From an uncultured Bacteroidaceae bacterium (GTDB lineage Bacteria; Bacteroidota; Bacteroidia; Bacteroidales; DTU049), in NCBI GenBank assembly GCA_964550265.1, contig CAZJYL010000001.1, positions 1 through 26,123 of the forward strand: 26,123 nucleotides of DNA, in the 5' to 3' direction. Positions 25,270 to 26,123 of the stretch are shown piece by piece (the stretch's first letter is position 1; each line of letters opens with the position of its first letter). The position numbers and the translations under genes are program-made. The notes beneath the pieces were generated by a model. It saw only the letters and a program-made list of their open reading frames with translations, had not been told where the DNA came from and did no database searches.

Positions 25270-26123
25270 ATGAACCCTCTAAATTTGTTTTCTAAAAAGG
25301 TAAAGCCTTTTGGAATAAAAGACTTGCTTAAAATTCTTGGTGTTATGTTTCTTCTTATGATACCGGTTATGTCTTTTGCTTCAGGTACCGGAGATACATT
25401 AACAAAAATGCCTAATATTGGTGGAATTCGTGTCGAATTCTTTTTATTTGCTGCTACGTTATTGTGTGTTGCTCTATTTCACGACCATACTTTTTATGTC
25501 GCGCTGACAGGTTTGGCTGTTATCCTTGCTTATAAATTAATAATGGATCCCGGATTCAGTTTTGTAGAACATTTTATTGGAAATCAAAACACAAATCCTT
25601 TTATCGAACAAATTATTGATAAAGAAACGCGCGTGGGCGAATGGGGTATATTGTTAAATTTATTAGGATTGTTACTTGGCTTTTCCGTTCTGGCAAAATT
25701 ATTTGAAGAGTCCGGTGTTCCTGATAAGCTACCTAATATTCTGCCCGACAATTTCATGGGACCATTTGTCCTTTTAGTGATGGTATTTGTCCTTTCTTCA
25801 TTTCTCGACAATATTGCTGCTGCTCTGATTGGTGGTACAGTTGCCCTTGTGGTCTTTAATAAAAAAGTACATATTGGATATCTTGCAGCAATCGTTGCAG
25901 CATCAAATGCCGGAGGATCTGGCTCTGTAATTGGAGATACCACAACAACAATGATGTGGATTGATGGGGTAAATTTTGTTGAAGTTCTTCATGCTTTCAT
26001 AGCTGCCGCTGTTGCACTTGTTATTTTTGCATGGTTTGCTTCGCATCAGCAACACAAATTTCATCCAATTCAAAAACGGGCCACTGAAAATGTTAAAATT
26101 AAATATGGTAATTTGTTTACAGT
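25270..26123 (+). CDS. Second IT-superfamily (NhaD/ArsB/CitM/SLC13-like) permease, 3'-truncated by window edge
   Basis: Not in the ORF track; hand translation from ATG 25270 is open to the window end: MNPLNLFSKK...VMSFASGTGDTL...EFFLFAATLLCVALFHDH...GEWGILLNLLGLLLGFSVLAKLFEESGVP...LSSFLDNIAAALIGG...ASNAGGSGSVIGDTTTTMMWIDG. Confidence 0.88.
   Translation, partial: MNPLNLFSKKVKPFGIKDLLKILGVMFLLMIPVMSFASGTGDTLTKMPNIGGIRVEFFLFAATLLCVALFHDHTFYVALTGLAVILAYKLIMDPGFSFVEHFIGNQNTNPFIEQIIDKETRVGEWGILLNLLGLLLGFSVLAKLFEESGVPDKLPNILPDNFMGPFVLLVMVFVLSSFLDNIAAALIGGTVALVVFNKKVHIGYLAAIVAASNAGGSGSVIGDTTTTMMWIDGVNFVEVLHAFIAAAVALVIFAWFASHQQHKFHPIQKRATENVKIKYGNLFT

Noticed and set aside
25584-25943. 119-aa minus-strand ORF
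   Set aside because: Antisense shadow of the truncated IT-family permease on the plus strand.
1-26123. CRISPR array, IS/transposase, prophage, rRNA, anti-phage defence genes, recoded stops or frameshifts
   Set aside because: None seen; the identified CDSs appear intact with standard stops and nearly tile the window.

Overview
This is an AT-rich, gene-dense chromosomal window. The TAnnTTTG promoter boxes, T9SS C-terminal domains and a lipoprotein Omp85 point to a Bacteroidota (Bacteroidales-like) genome. It reads as core and envelope housekeeping DNA, and I found no mobile element, CRISPR array, pseudogene or recognisable defence island. Gene order: tRNA-Gln-rimP-nusA (partial, minus); DUF2723/TMEM260-like GT-C membrane protein, NodB deacetylase and deoC (plus); lipoprotein-radA-MBL hydrolase (minus); EamA transporter and an acidic secreted orphan (plus); gap, a small Cys-rich membrane protein, folE and a BI-1/YccA protein (minus); two tandem choice-of-anchor L surface proteins with T9SS type B CTDs (minus); M20 dipeptidase, upp, an ABC permease without ATPase, TamL-like Omp85, NhaD and a second, partial ion-transporter (IT) family gene (plus). 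The best leads are all inference. (1) The DUF2723 protein, with its coupled deacetylase, is a candidate initiating enzyme for Bacteroidota protein O-glycosylation, and D-(S/T)-hydrophobic sequons are dense in the exported proteins here. (2) A 62-aa membrane protein has NqrM-like Cys spacing but sits in the gap-folE operon. (3) A perfect 30-bp palindrome lies in the rimP-nusA leader. (4) An orphan ABC permease is translationally coupled to TamL. (5) An 8-bp-arm dyad overlaps the adhesin promoter. Family assignments come from motif recognition by eye, not database searches.
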